In this document: positions 49,465 through 58,611 of the stretch, in pieces
Position numbering within the stretch: position 1 is the stretch's first letter
How the letters are laid out: every line of letters begins with the position of its first letter
Assembly: GCA_031364805.1 (NCBI GenBank)
Contig: JANLWW010000179.1
Location: 3,159 to 67,158, forward strand
Direction: 5' to 3'
Source: Acidobacteriota bacterium
GTDB lineage: Bacteria > Acidobacteriota > Vicinamibacteria > Vicinamibacterales > UBA2999
Length of the DNA: 64,000 nt
The notes under the pieces: generated by a model
The model's input: only the letters and a program-made list of their open reading frames with translations
Database searches by the model: none
What the model was told of the DNA's origin: nothing
Program-made: the position numbers and the translations under genes

Positions 49465-50817
49465 TTACTTCGGCTTCGGCGGTGCAGCGGTCCGCACCAA
49501 GTCGGCCTCGTAGAGGCTGCGCACCGATTCGAAGGGACCGGTGATGACCTGGTCGCCTTCCTTGAGTCCGCTCAGCACCTCGAGATAGCGTTCGCCGGCG
49601 ATGCCGACCTTCACCTTGACGAAGGTGGCCTTGCTGTCCTTCATCAGGAACACGCCTTCGACTTCTTCGCGCTTCTCACCGGGCTTGAGCTCGCGGCTGG
49701 CGGCCGTCGGCGCCGGCGCCGCAGCGGCCGGACCAAACTGGAAACGACCCTTCGGTGGACGCGGTTCGTTGACCACGTTGCCCTGCGCGTCGTAGACGAG
49801 CTCGCGCACCGTCAACGACTGAATGGGCACGGCGACCGCCTGCTGGCGGGTGGCGGTCGTGATCTCCGCTGTGCAGGTGAAACCAGGCCGCACTTCGGGG
49901 ATCTGGCCGTCAATCGTGATCACCACCTTGAAGTTGGTGGCGGTGCGCGTGGTGCCGGTGCCGGCCGTCTGGATCGGACTGTTGCCGATCTCGGTGACTG
50001 TGCCAGTAAATTCCTTGTCGGGAATCGCGTCGATGGTGACCTTGGCCTTCTGGCCCATCTGGACGAGCGGGATGTCAGTTTCGTCCACTTCCACTTCCGC
50101 TTCGATGACCGACATGTCGGCGACCGTCAGCAGCACCGTGCCGGCGTTGTTCATGGTGCCGACCATGACGTTCTCGCCCTCTTCGATGTTGCGGCGCGTG
50201 ACGATGCCGTCGAAGGGCGCCTCGAAGCGCACCTGCGTCAGGGTGTGGCGGCTGCTGGCAAGACCGGCGCGCTGCTGATTGAGCTGCGTGTCCCGGTTCT
50301 TGATTTCCTGCTCCCGCGCCTTCAGGTCGCTCTCGCGCATCTCGACATCGGTCTGCGCCTTCTCCAGCGACTCGCGGGTGGTGAGCCCGGCTGCCGACAA
50401 CTCCTGTTGCCGCTTGAGCGACTGCCGCGAACTCTCCAGCGCGGCTCGCGAACTCTGCAGCGATGCCTTCGATTGCTCGAGCCCGGTCTGGGCACCCATG
50501 ACCGCCGCTTCATCGCGGCGCACCGAAGCTTCGGCATTGACCGGATCGATCTGCAGCAGGAACTGGCCCTGCTTCACGTGATCGCCTTCCTTCACGCCCA
50601 GGCGGGTGACGCGCCCCATCGACTGGGCGCTGATGTTCACGGTCTTCTTGGGATCGATCTTGCCGGAGGCCGACACAAGCGCCTCGAGATCCCGCTTCTG
50701 AATACCTTCGGCCGTCACCAGGACGCCGGGATCGCCGCGACGGGCGAAATATGCACTGGCGCCGCCGCCGATGATCAACAGCGCGATTACGATGAGAAGC
50801 CACTTCCTGCGAAACAC
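49465..50817 (-). CDS. periplasmic adaptor (membrane fusion protein, MacA/HlyD family)
   Basis: GTG 50817 preceded by AAGGGGGA. TM anchor WLLIVIALLIIGG. Lipoyl/hairpin coiled-coil region (QSKASLQSSRAALESSRQSLKRQQEL...) and beta-barrel domains. Confidence 0.85.
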   Translation of the reverse strand: MFRRKWLLIVIALLIIGGGASAYFARRGDPGVLVTAEGIQKRDLEALVSASGKIDPKKTVNISAQSMGRVTRLGVKEGDHVKQGQFLLQIDPVNAEASVRRDEAAVMGAQTGLEQSKASLQSSRAALESSRQSLKRQQELSAAGLTTRESLEKAQTDVEMRESDLKAREQEIKNRDTQLNQQRAGLASSRHTLTQVRFEAPFDGIVTRRNIEEGENVMVGTMNNAGTVLLTVADMSVIEAEVEVDETDIPLVQMGQKAKVTIDAIPDKEFTGTVTEIGNSPIQTAGTGTTRTATNFKVVITIDGQIPEVRPGFTCTAEITTATRQQAVAVPIQSLTVRELVYDAQGNVVNEPRPPKGRFQFGPAAAAPAPTAASRELKPGEKREEVEGVFLMKDSKATFVKVKVGIAGERYLEVLSGLKEGDQVITGPFESVRSLYEADLVRTAAPPKPK

Positions 50818-50827
50818 GTGATCCCCC

Positions 50828-51508
50828 TTACTCAGCCCCGAGAACCGCAAACACGGCGGCGACCAGCGCCGCCACCCCTACGTACGCCAACAGCAAGCGC
50901 ACCAGGTATCGCCTGGCCGGCCGCCGAGTCGCGGCCGCCAGGCCCACTGCCAGCAGCCAGACCCACCACAAGCCGAAGATATCGATCGCCCCCAGCCACC
51001 GCGCCGGCAGGCTGCCTTCCGCGAGCATCGGGAACAATCCCCCGACGTTCGTCGGACTGGTCAACGATTCCCGCAGGTAATGGAGCGGCGTGGCGATCAC
51101 CTGCTGCACCGCCAAGACGACGGTCGCGTGCACGGTGACCGCGAGCGCCACCCCGTAGCGCACTTTCACTCCGTCCAGCGCCGCCAGGACCATCAGGCCG
51201 GCGGCGACGAGCAGCGTCATTTCCGGCGTCAACAGTAACCGCCCGCCACTCGTCAAATACACCAACCAGGGAGGCCGGGCCTGAAGCACCGCGTACGCAG
51301 CGTCATCCACCCGGCCGCCGAGAGCTTCGATCACGCGAACGCGCTCGTCGACAAGGGCTTGCCGGCCCACCGGCGTTGACAACAGTGCGAACGCGCACAC
51401 GGCCAGCACCGCGAGCAATACGACCCACGCCACGGCGAATGTGGGGTGAGCCACCACCTCGGTCATGGTTCTCCGGGGGTGCAACAGCACTCCAATTACG
51501 CGCCGCAT
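50828..51508 (-). CDS. Yip1-domain-like polytopic membrane protein
   Basis: 226 aa with five predicted TM helices. The N-terminal VLLHPRRTMTEVVAHPTF resembles Yip1-family starts. First gene of the adaptor/permease operon. Confidence 0.5.
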   Translation of the reverse strand: MRRVIGVLLHPRRTMTEVVAHPTFAVAWVVLLAVLAVCAFALLSTPVGRQALVDERVRVIEALGGRVDDAAYAVLQARPPWLVYLTSGGRLLLTPEMTLLVAAGLMVLAALDGVKVRYGVALAVTVHATVVLAVQQVIATPLHYLRESLTSPTNVGGLFPMLAEGSLPARWLGAIDIFGLWWVWLLAVGLAAATRRPARRYLVRLLLAYVGVAALVAAVFAVLGAE

Positions 51509-51558
51509 CTACACAATCCTTTGGTGCTTGATACGAATCTCGCCAGCCATTGGTTTCC

Positions 51559-51588
51559 TTGACATGCTTCCAAATCGCTGAATACGAT
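51559..51588 (+). promoter_or_regulatory. candidate sigma-70 promoter for the OMP-pil operon
   Basis: TTGACA (51559-51564), an 18-nt spacer, then TACGAT (51583-51588), inside the only clearly AT-rich stretch of the region (51509-51649). Confidence 0.3.
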
Positions 51589-51649
51589 GGACTTTCGCGG
51601 CAATCCCTCCAGTAATCAGGTCGTTTCGTAGATTCAAAAATAATATTTC

Positions 51650-52570
51650 ATGACTTCAAACAATGTCACCCGGCATATCTGGGCCGTCGTTCTATCCCTG
51701 GCGTGCGCCGCGCAGGCCGAAGCTCAATCCACCGTAGGAGTTCGGGCAAACGGGATGGGCGGAGCGTTTGTCGGGGTGGCCGACGACGCCACAGCAGTTT
51801 ATTGGAACCCGGCCGGGCTGGCTACCGGGGCGGTCGTGAGCATCAACCTGGAATTTGGCGGTTTGGAGCCGGCGGGAACCGGCCAGGCCGGTCCAAGGCA
51901 CGCGCTGGTGGCGTTTTCCCTGCCTCCGCTCGGCTTGGGCTACTACCGACAGGGGGAGTTTGGCGTCGGCGCACCAGAGACTGTAGTAACGGTCGGCCAG
52001 AGCCGAGAAGAAGTCCGGAGCAATGTGCACACGTTGACCACCTCGACGTTGGGCGTGAGCTTTCTGCAGTCGCTGACGGATCACATTGTGGTTTCTGCAA
52101 CGCCGAAAGTGGTGTGGGGGGGCGACTCGACCCGCCCCGATGTCGATGGCAGTGTAATGGTCGCCGCGAATCGATTTCGAGCGGGCATGGTCGCGCGGCA
52201 TTTGGCGAGTCCGTCGTTCGACCTCGACGGCGCCGAGGTCGAATTGGAGCCACAGGTCCGTCTCGGTGGCGGCTGGGGCTCGGGATGGCCGGGAAACTCG
52301 CGCGTGGTGGTCGCAGTTGATGGCGACGTGACGCCGCGTGCGACGCCCGGCGGCGAGCGTCGCGACGTCGCCGCTGGCGTCGAAACGTGGTGGCTCGCGC
52401 GGCGTGTGGGCGTGCGCGGAGGCTTGCGGGGCAGCACGATGGGCGAGTCGCGAGCCGTGGTGTCGGTCGGGGCATCGGCCCTGGTGGCCGGCTTTTACGT
52501 CGAAGGGTTCTTTGCCGAAGGGCAGGCCGACGAACGGTCGTGGAGCCTGGGATTGCGATACTCGTTTTAG
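51650..52570 (+). CDS. outer-membrane beta-barrel protein (PorV/TraF_2-like N-terminal motif)
   Basis: Signal peptide ...AVVLSLACAAQAEA. GMGGAFVGVADDATAVYWNPAGLA motif. Ends ...SLGLRYSF (C-terminal Phe). Confidence 0.55.
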   Translation: MTSNNVTRHIWAVVLSLACAAQAEAQSTVGVRANGMGGAFVGVADDATAVYWNPAGLATGAVVSINLEFGGLEPAGTGQAGPRHALVAFSLPPLGLGYYRQGEFGVGAPETVVTVGQSREEVRSNVHTLTTSTLGVSFLQSLTDHIVVSATPKVVWGGDSTRPDVDGSVMVAANRFRAGMVARHLASPSFDLDGAEVELEPQVRLGGGWGSGWPGNSRVVVAVDGDVTPRATPGGERRDVAAGVETWWLARRVGVRGGLRGSTMGESRAVVSVGASALVAGFYVEGFFAEGQADERSWSLGLRYSF

Positions 52571-52583
52571 CGGCTTGCGGCCT

Positions 52584-52609
52584 GCGAACAGCGAACAGCG
52601 AACAGCGAC
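52584..52609 (+). repeat. tandem heptamer array (GCGAACA)x3 + GCGAC in the OMP-pilB spacer
   Basis: Read directly: GCGAACA GCGAACA GCGAACA GCGAC. Starts 14 nt after the OMP stop and ends 24 nt before the pilB ATG. Confidence 0.9.
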
Positions 52610-52633
52610 TTCAGGAGGGTTGTTTAGAAGGTT

Positions 52634-54427
52634 ATGGCGGTCAGGATTGGTGAACTGCTTCTCAAGGAGAAGCGCATCACGGCGCTCCAGCTTCAGGAAG
52701 CCCTGAACTATCAGAAGCAGAACGGGGGGAAGCTCGGCGCCAACCTCGTGAAGATGGGTTTCGTGAAGGATGAGGAGATCACCGCGCTGCTGTCGAAGCA
52801 GTACGGCGTGCCGTCGATCGCCTTGAACCAGTTCGAGATTGACCCGGCCGTGATCAAGCTGGTCCCCGCCGAAACTGCCCGCAAGTACCAGATCGTTCCG
52901 CTCAGCCGCGCCGGGGCGACGCTGACGATCGCGATGACCGACCCCACCAACGTCTTCGCGATGGACGACGTCAAGTTCATGACCGGCTACAACGTGGAGC
53001 CGGTGGTCGCGTCGGAGACGGCGGTAATCGACTCGATCGACAAGTATTACGGCGTCGGCGGCCCTCCGCAGACACAGTCCTCGCGCGGCGGCGCCACCTC
53101 GATTGGGGTCACCGACGCCAGCGGCGAAAGCGCGCTCGAGATGGCGACCCGCTCGCTGAACGAGCTGCCGAGCATGATGAGCGACGCCGGCGATGTTGAG
53201 GTGATCGAGGACCTCGAGGAGATCAGCGCCGAGATGCTGAGCCGCCAGGGCGAAGAGGCCCCGGTGATCAAGCTGGTGAACGTGATCCTGATGTCGGCGA
53301 TCTCGAAGGGGGCCAGCGACATTCACATCGAGCCGTACGAGAAGGAATACCGCGTGCGCTACCGCATGGACGGCATCCTCTACAACATCATGTCGCCGCC
53401 GCTCAAGATGCGCGATGCCATCACCTCGCGCGTCAAGATCATGGCCAAGCTCGACATCGCCGAGAAGCGCCTGCCGCAGGACGGCCGCATCAAGATTCGC
53501 TTCAGCGACAACGGCGAGGCGAAGGACATCGACTTTCGCGTCTCATGCCTGCCGACCCTGTTCGGCGAGAAGATCGTCATGCGCCTGCTCGACAAGGGCA
53601 AGCTGATGCTCGACATGACCAAGCTCGGCTTCGAGCAGGAATCGCTCACCAAGCTCGAGACGCAGATCGCCAAGCCGTGGGGGATGGTGCTCGTGACCGG
53701 CCCGACCGGCAGCGGCAAGACCAACACGCTGTATTCGTCGATCTCGAAGCTGAACACCGCCGAGACCAACATCATGACCGCCGAAGACCCGGTCGAGTTC
53801 AACTTGCTCGGTGTCAACCAGGTGCAGGTGCGCGAGAGCATCGGCCTCAATTTCGCCGCCGCGCTGCGCAGCTTCCTGCGCCAGGACCCCAACATCATCC
53901 TGGTCGGTGAGATCCGCGATTTCGAGACCGCCGAGATCGCCGTCAAGGCGGCGCTCACCGGACACCTCGTGCTCTCGACGCTGCATACCAATGACGCGCC
54001 GAGCACCATCAGTCGCCTGATGAACATGGGGATCGAGCCATTTCTGGTCGCCAGCTCGCTCAACCTGGTGTGCGCGCAGCGCCTGGTGCGGCGGGTGTGC
54101 GTCAACTGCAAGGTCGAGGACGAGCTGCCACCGGGGGCGATGGAGCAGGTCGGCTTTTCGGCGGCCGATGCCGCCTCGGTGAAGCCCAAGAAGGGCACCG
54201 GCTGCGACAAGTGCCTCAAGACCGGCTACAAGGGCCGCGTCGGTCTCTACGAAGTGATGGAGGTCACCGACGAACTGCGCGAGCTGATCCTGGTCGGCGC
54301 TTCGGCGCTCGAAATTCGCCGCAAGGCGATTGAAGAAGGCATGATCACTCTGCGCGGCAGCGGGCTGCGTAAGATCAAGGACGGCGTCACCACCATTGAA
54401 GAAGTGTTACGCGAGACTGTGAAGTAA
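52634..54427 (+). CDS. pilB: type IV pilus assembly ATPase PilB
   Basis: AGGAGGG RBS. N-terminal T2SSE_N domains (IGELLLKEKRITALQLQEAL...). Walker A GPTGSGKTNT, and a tetracysteine motif CVNC...CDKC. Confidence 0.9.
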   Translation: MAVRIGELLLKEKRITALQLQEALNYQKQNGGKLGANLVKMGFVKDEEITALLSKQYGVPSIALNQFEIDPAVIKLVPAETARKYQIVPLSRAGATLTIAMTDPTNVFAMDDVKFMTGYNVEPVVASETAVIDSIDKYYGVGGPPQTQSSRGGATSIGVTDASGESALEMATRSLNELPSMMSDAGDVEVIEDLEEISAEMLSRQGEEAPVIKLVNVILMSAISKGASDIHIEPYEKEYRVRYRMDGILYNIMSPPLKMRDAITSRVKIMAKLDIAEKRLPQDGRIKIRFSDNGEAKDIDFRVSCLPTLFGEKIVMRLLDKGKLMLDMTKLGFEQESLTKLETQIAKPWGMVLVTGPTGSGKTNTLYSSISKLNTAETNIMTAEDPVEFNLLGVNQVQVRESIGLNFAAALRSFLRQDPNIILVGEIRDFETAEIAVKAALTGHLVLSTLHTNDAPSTISRLMNMGIEPFLVASSLNLVCAQRLVRRVCVNCKVEDELPPGAMEQVGFSAADAASVKPKKGTGCDKCLKTGYKGRVGLYEVMEVTDELRELILVGASALEIRRKAIEEGMITLRGSGLRKIKDGVTTIEEVLRETVK

Positions 54428-54430
54428 ACC

Positions 54431-54465
54431 GCGAACTGCGAACCGCGAACCGCGAACCGCGAACT
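54431..54465 (+). repeat. tandem heptamer array (GCGAACY)x5 in the pilB-pilT spacer
   Basis: Read directly: GCGAACT GCGAACC GCGAACC GCGAACC GCGAACT. Starts 4 nt after the pilB stop and ends 17 nt before the pilT ATG. Confidence 0.9.
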
Positions 54466-54482
54466 GAAACTAGAAGGAACTC

Positions 54483-55628
54483 ATGGCCACGCTTCCGGAT
54501 CTACTTAAGCAAACCGTCGAACTGCAAGGTTCGGACCTGCACCTCTCGATTGGCTCACCGCCCCAGGTGCGCGTGCACGGCGAGCTGCAGAAACTCCAGT
54601 TCCCGGAACTGACGCCGTCCGACACCAAGTCGTTGTCCTACGCGGTGCTCACCGATGCGCAAAAGAAGCGCTTCGAGGAGACTCTCGAACTCGACTTTTC
54701 ATTCGGCATTCGCGGCGTCGCGCGCTTCCGCTGCAACATGTTCAACCAGAAGGGGGCGGTCGGTGCGGTTTACCGCCAGATCCCGGAAAAGATCCGCACC
54801 TTCGCGGACCTGGGCCTGCCCCCGGTGCTGGCGAAGATGGCCGAGCGGCCGCGCGGCCTGGTGCTGGTGACCGGGCCCACCGGCAGCGGCAAGTCGACGA
54901 CGCTGGCGGCGATGATCGACAAGATCAACACCGAGCGCCACGGTCACATCTTGACGGTCGAAGACCCAATCGAGTATCTGCACACGCACAAGAACTGCCT
55001 GATCAACCAGCGCGAGCTGCACAGCGACACGCAGAGTTTCACTAACGCGCTGCGCGCCGCCCTGCGAGAAGACCCCGACGTGGTGTTGATCGGCGAAATG
55101 CGCGACCTCGAGACCGTCGAGTCGGCCCTGCGCATCGCGGAAACCGGCCACCTCACGTTCGGCACGTTGCACACCAATTCGGCTGCCTCGACCATTAACC
55201 GCATCATCGACGTGTTCCCGTCGCATCAGCAGTCGCAGATCCGTACGCAGCTGTCGCTGGTCGTCGAGGGCATCGTCTGCCAGTCGCTGCTGCCGAAGGC
55301 CGACGGCAAGGGGCGGGTGGTGTCGCTGGAAATCCTGGTGCCGACGCCCGGCATCCGCAACCTGATTCGCGAGGACAAGGTTCACCAGATTTATTCGGCG
55401 ATGCAGACCGGCCAGGAAAAACTGGGCATGCAGACGATGAACCAGTCGCTGGCGACGTTGGTCTTCCGGCGGCTGATCACGCAAGAGACCGCGATGACGG
55501 CGTCGTCCAACCGGGAGGAGCTGGTCGAGATGATCAGTCGCGGCGCCGGCGTGGTTGCCGGGGCCGGCATGGGTCGTCCGGGCGGGCCGGGCGCGGGACC
55601 GCGGCCGCCGGTGCGGCCGGGCTCATAA
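54483..55628 (+). CDS. pilT: twitching-motility (retraction) ATPase PilT
   Basis: LHLSIGSPPQVRVHGEL, Walker A GPTGSGKSTT, GTLHTNSA and AIRNLIRE-like GIRNLIRE motifs. A Gly/Pro-rich C-terminal tail is extra. Confidence 0.9.
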   Translation: MATLPDLLKQTVELQGSDLHLSIGSPPQVRVHGELQKLQFPELTPSDTKSLSYAVLTDAQKKRFEETLELDFSFGIRGVARFRCNMFNQKGAVGAVYRQIPEKIRTFADLGLPPVLAKMAERPRGLVLVTGPTGSGKSTTLAAMIDKINTERHGHILTVEDPIEYLHTHKNCLINQRELHSDTQSFTNALRAALREDPDVVLIGEMRDLETVESALRIAETGHLTFGTLHTNSAASTINRIIDVFPSHQQSQIRTQLSLVVEGIVCQSLLPKADGKGRVVSLEILVPTPGIRNLIREDKVHQIYSAMQTGQEKLGMQTMNQSLATLVFRRLITQETAMTASSNREELVEMISRGAGVVAGAGMGRPGGPGAGPRPPVRPGS

Positions 55629-55691
55629 CGAGTAAGATTCACGGTGCCTCCCCCCAATCGACGATCGAGACACTGATATCGGAGATTGATT

Positions 55692-56906
55692 ATGGCTACT
55701 TTCGCATTCTCAGGACGGACCCGGACCGGCGAATCGGTGTCGGGCGAACGCATCGGCGACACCATGGACGCCGTCGTGTCGGCGCTACGCCGCGAGCAGA
55801 TTCAGGTCACCCGCATCCAACCGGCCAAGGCCAAGGCGGCGGCGACGGCGGCAAAGGCGCTGAAGGCCCGCGGTGTGCCGGCCAAGAACCTGGCGGTGTT
55901 CACGCGCCAGTTCTCGGTGATGATCGACGCCGGCCTGCCGCTGGTACAGTGCCTCGACATCCTCGGCAACCAGGAAGAGCACAAGTACTTCGCGCAGGTG
56001 ATCCTGGCGACCCGCACCGACGTCGAGGGCGGTATGTCGCTCGCCGATGCCATGAAGCGGCACCCCAGGGTGTTCGACGCGCTGTTCTGCAACATGATCG
56101 CCGCCGGCGAGGCGGGCGGTATTCTCGACACCATTCTCAAGCGTCTGGCCGTCTACATCGAGAAGGCCGTCAAGCTGAAGAACCAGGTGCAGTCGGCCAT
56201 GATCTACCCGATCGCCGTGGTGGTCATCGCCGCGGTCGTAATCGGCGTGATTCTGTGGAAGGTGATCCCGACCTTTGCGTCGCTATTCGCCGGCCTCGGC
56301 GCCACCCTGCCGCTGCCGACGCGCGTCGTCATTGCGCTCAGCGAAAACCTGATCCGGTTCATGCCGGTGTTGTTCGTGATGTTCTTTGCCGGCGGCTGGG
56401 GCTTCCGCACCTATTACGCCACCGAAAAGGGCCGCCGCGTCATCGACGGCATCTCGTTGAAGCTGCCGATCCTGGGGCCCATCCTTCGCAAGATCGCGGT
56501 GGCCCGCTTCTGCCGCACACTGTCGACCTTGATGGCTTCGGGCGTGCCGATTCTGGACGGGCTGGACATCACCGCCCGCACCTCGGGCAATGCCATCATC
56601 GAGGACGCCATCCAGGTGACGCGCAAGAGCATCGAGCGCGGCGAGACGATTTCGGCGCCCCTCAAGGAGACCGGCGTCTTCCCCGGCATGGTGGTGCAGA
56701 TGATCAGCGTCGGCGAAGCGACCGGCGCGCTCGACACCATGCTGGGCAAGATCGCCGACTTCTACGAGGAAGAAGTCGACGTCGCGGTCGAAGGCCTGCT
56801 CACGCTGCTCGAGCCGCTGATGATTGCGCTGCTCGGCGGCGCCGTCGGTGGCATCGTGATCGCGATGTACATGCCGATCTTCGACCTGATCAGCCAGCTG
56901 ACCTAG
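55692..56906 (+). CDS. pilC: type IV pilus platform protein PilC (GspF family)
   Basis: Two T2SSF repeats (FTRQFSVMIDAGLPLVQCL..., FCRTLSTLMASGVPILDGL...). ATG 55692 lies 7 nt after GGAG. Confidence 0.9.
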   Translation: MATFAFSGRTRTGESVSGERIGDTMDAVVSALRREQIQVTRIQPAKAKAAATAAKALKARGVPAKNLAVFTRQFSVMIDAGLPLVQCLDILGNQEEHKYFAQVILATRTDVEGGMSLADAMKRHPRVFDALFCNMIAAGEAGGILDTILKRLAVYIEKAVKLKNQVQSAMIYPIAVVVIAAVVIGVILWKVIPTFASLFAGLGATLPLPTRVVIALSENLIRFMPVLFVMFFAGGWGFRTYYATEKGRRVIDGISLKLPILGPILRKIAVARFCRTLSTLMASGVPILDGLDITARTSGNAIIEDAIQVTRKSIERGETISAPLKETGVFPGMVVQMISVGEATGALDTMLGKIADFYEEEVDVAVEGLLTLLEPLMIALLGGAVGGIVIAMYMPIFDLISQLT

Positions 56907-56910
56907 CTTG

Positions 56911-58611
56911 ATGAAGGAGCGGACCATCCGGCAGCGGCTGGCGACACACATTGCCGTGCGGCTGGCGGTAGCGACCGTGCTGCTCGGAGCGGCCCTGGTG
57001 GTGCAACTGCGCGACCCCGGGGCCTGGGCCGTCAGCCCGTTCTTCTTCCTGATTGGCCTCACCTACGCGGTGAGCCTCGGCTTCATCGGTTCGCTGCGAT
57101 TCGTGGACCGCTGGCCGTGGCTCACCGACGTGCACTTCGCCATCGACGCGGTGATTATCTCGGCCGCCATCATGCTGAGCGGCGGCGTCGAGAGCCTGTT
57201 CACCATCCTCTACATGCTGCCGATTGTCGCGGCGGCGTCGGTGCAGTTTCGCCGGGGCGGCATGCAGCTGGCCACCCTCAGCACCATCCTGTTTATCGGC
57301 GTCGTGCTGGTGCAATACCTCCACGCTTCCGACATCATCGACGTCCCATTCAGCCTGCCCGAGACCGTCCTGCCAGCGGTCCGGGTCGCGCAGTACACCG
57401 TTGTCCTCAACGTGTTTGGCTTTTTTGCGGTCGCGCTGCTCAGCGGGTCGTTGGCCGAACGCGCGCGCAAAGGCGAGGCGCGGCTCGAGGAGGCCACCGA
57501 GGAAATCGCCGACTTGCAGGCGTTCAACCAATACGTGCTCGACAACCTGTTGAGCGGCCTGGCCACCGCCGACGCCCGCAACCAACTGGTCACCTTCAAC
57601 CGCTCGGCGATGATGATCACCGGGCGCAGCGGCCCGCTGCCGATCGGCGAGCCGGCCGGCGCCGTGCTGCAACTGCCCGGCGCGTTTACCACGACGATTG
57701 CCCAGGAGCTCGCCCGCGTGCGTAGCAAGCGCCTGGACTACCAGTTCCGCCGGCCTGACGGCCAGTTGATCGATCTCGGCGTGAGCGTGGCGGCACTGCC
57801 GCTGCCTGACGGCACGCGCGGCCACCTCTATACATTCCAGGATGTCACCGACGTCAAGCGGTTCGAGCAGAGCGCGCGGCTGCAGCAGCGGCTGGCCGCG
57901 GTGGGCGAGATGGCCGCCGGCATCGCGCATGAAATCCGCAACCCGCTCGCCTCGATGTCGGGCTCCATGCAGATGTTGAAGCAGGAGTTGCCGCTGTCAG
58001 CCGACCAGGCGCAGCTGATGGACATCGTGCTGCGCGAGTCGGAGCGGCTCAACCAGACCATCACGTCCTTCCTGGCCTACGCGCGCCCGCAGCGGTTCCA
58101 GGTTCAACCACTCGACCTCCGGCCCATGATTCAGGAAACCGCGATGTTGTTGAGGAACAGCCCCGAAGTGGAGGAGCGTCACACCATCCGGGTGAGGCTG
58201 CCCGAGCAGGCGGTGATGATCGATGCCGACGAAGGCCAGATCCGGCAGATCATCTGGAACCTCGCCACCAACGGGCTGCGCGCCATGCCCGAAAGCGGCA
58301 CCTTGACGCTCAGCGCGGTGGCAGACGTGCTGGGTGATCGGCACACATCGTCGCTGTTGATCGAGGACGAGGGCGTCGGCATCGCCGCCGAGGACGTCGA
58401 CGCGATTTTTCAGCCGTTTCACGGCTCGTTTGGAAAAGGCACCGGCCTCGGCCTCGCCATCGTCCACCGGATCGTGACCGACTACGGCGGTCAGATTGAT
58501 GTCCGCTCCCGCCCCGGCCGGGGCACCACGTTCCGCGTGACGTTTCCCGCCGTCCGGCCGGCAGTGGCGCCTCAACAGGCCCAGCCGCTGATGGAAGGCC
58601 AGGCGTCGTGA
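56911..58611 (+). CDS. pilS: PilS-like sensor histidine kinase
   Basis: Six N-terminal TM helices, a PAS-like segment, H-box HEIRNPLAS, and G-boxes EDEGVGI / GTGLGLAIV. Position between pilC and pilR. Confidence 0.75.
   Translation: MKERTIRQRLATHIAVRLAVATVLLGAALVVQLRDPGAWAVSPFFFLIGLTYAVSLGFIGSLRFVDRWPWLTDVHFAIDAVIISAAIMLSGGVESLFTILYMLPIVAAASVQFRRGGMQLATLSTILFIGVVLVQYLHASDIIDVPFSLPETVLPAVRVAQYTVVLNVFGFFAVALLSGSLAERARKGEARLEEATEEIADLQAFNQYVLDNLLSGLATADARNQLVTFNRSAMMITGRSGPLPIGEPAGAVLQLPGAFTTTIAQELARVRSKRLDYQFRRPDGQLIDLGVSVAALPLPDGTRGHLYTFQDVTDVKRFEQSARLQQRLAAVGEMAAGIAHEIRNPLASMSGSMQMLKQELPLSADQAQLMDIVLRESERLNQTITSFLAYARPQRFQVQPLDLRPMIQETAMLLRNSPEVEERHTIRVRLPEQAVMIDADEGQIRQIIWNLATNGLRAMPESGTLTLSAVADVLGDRHTSSLLIEDEGVGIAAEDVDAIFQPFHGSFGKGTGLGLAIVHRIVTDYGGQIDVRSRPGRGTTFRVTFPAVRPAVAPQQAQPLMEGQAS

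Noticed and set aside
51692-53326. 544-aa minus-strand ORF antisense to the OMP and pilB
   Set aside because: Same reasoning. It crosses an intergenic region and two well-supported genes, with Arg-rich nonsense composition.
52584-54465. Considered whether the GCGAACN repeats could be a CRISPR array or part of one
   Set aside because: The units are 7 nt and directly tandem with no spacers. There are only 3.7 and 5 copies, and no cas genes. Reported instead as short tandem repeats.
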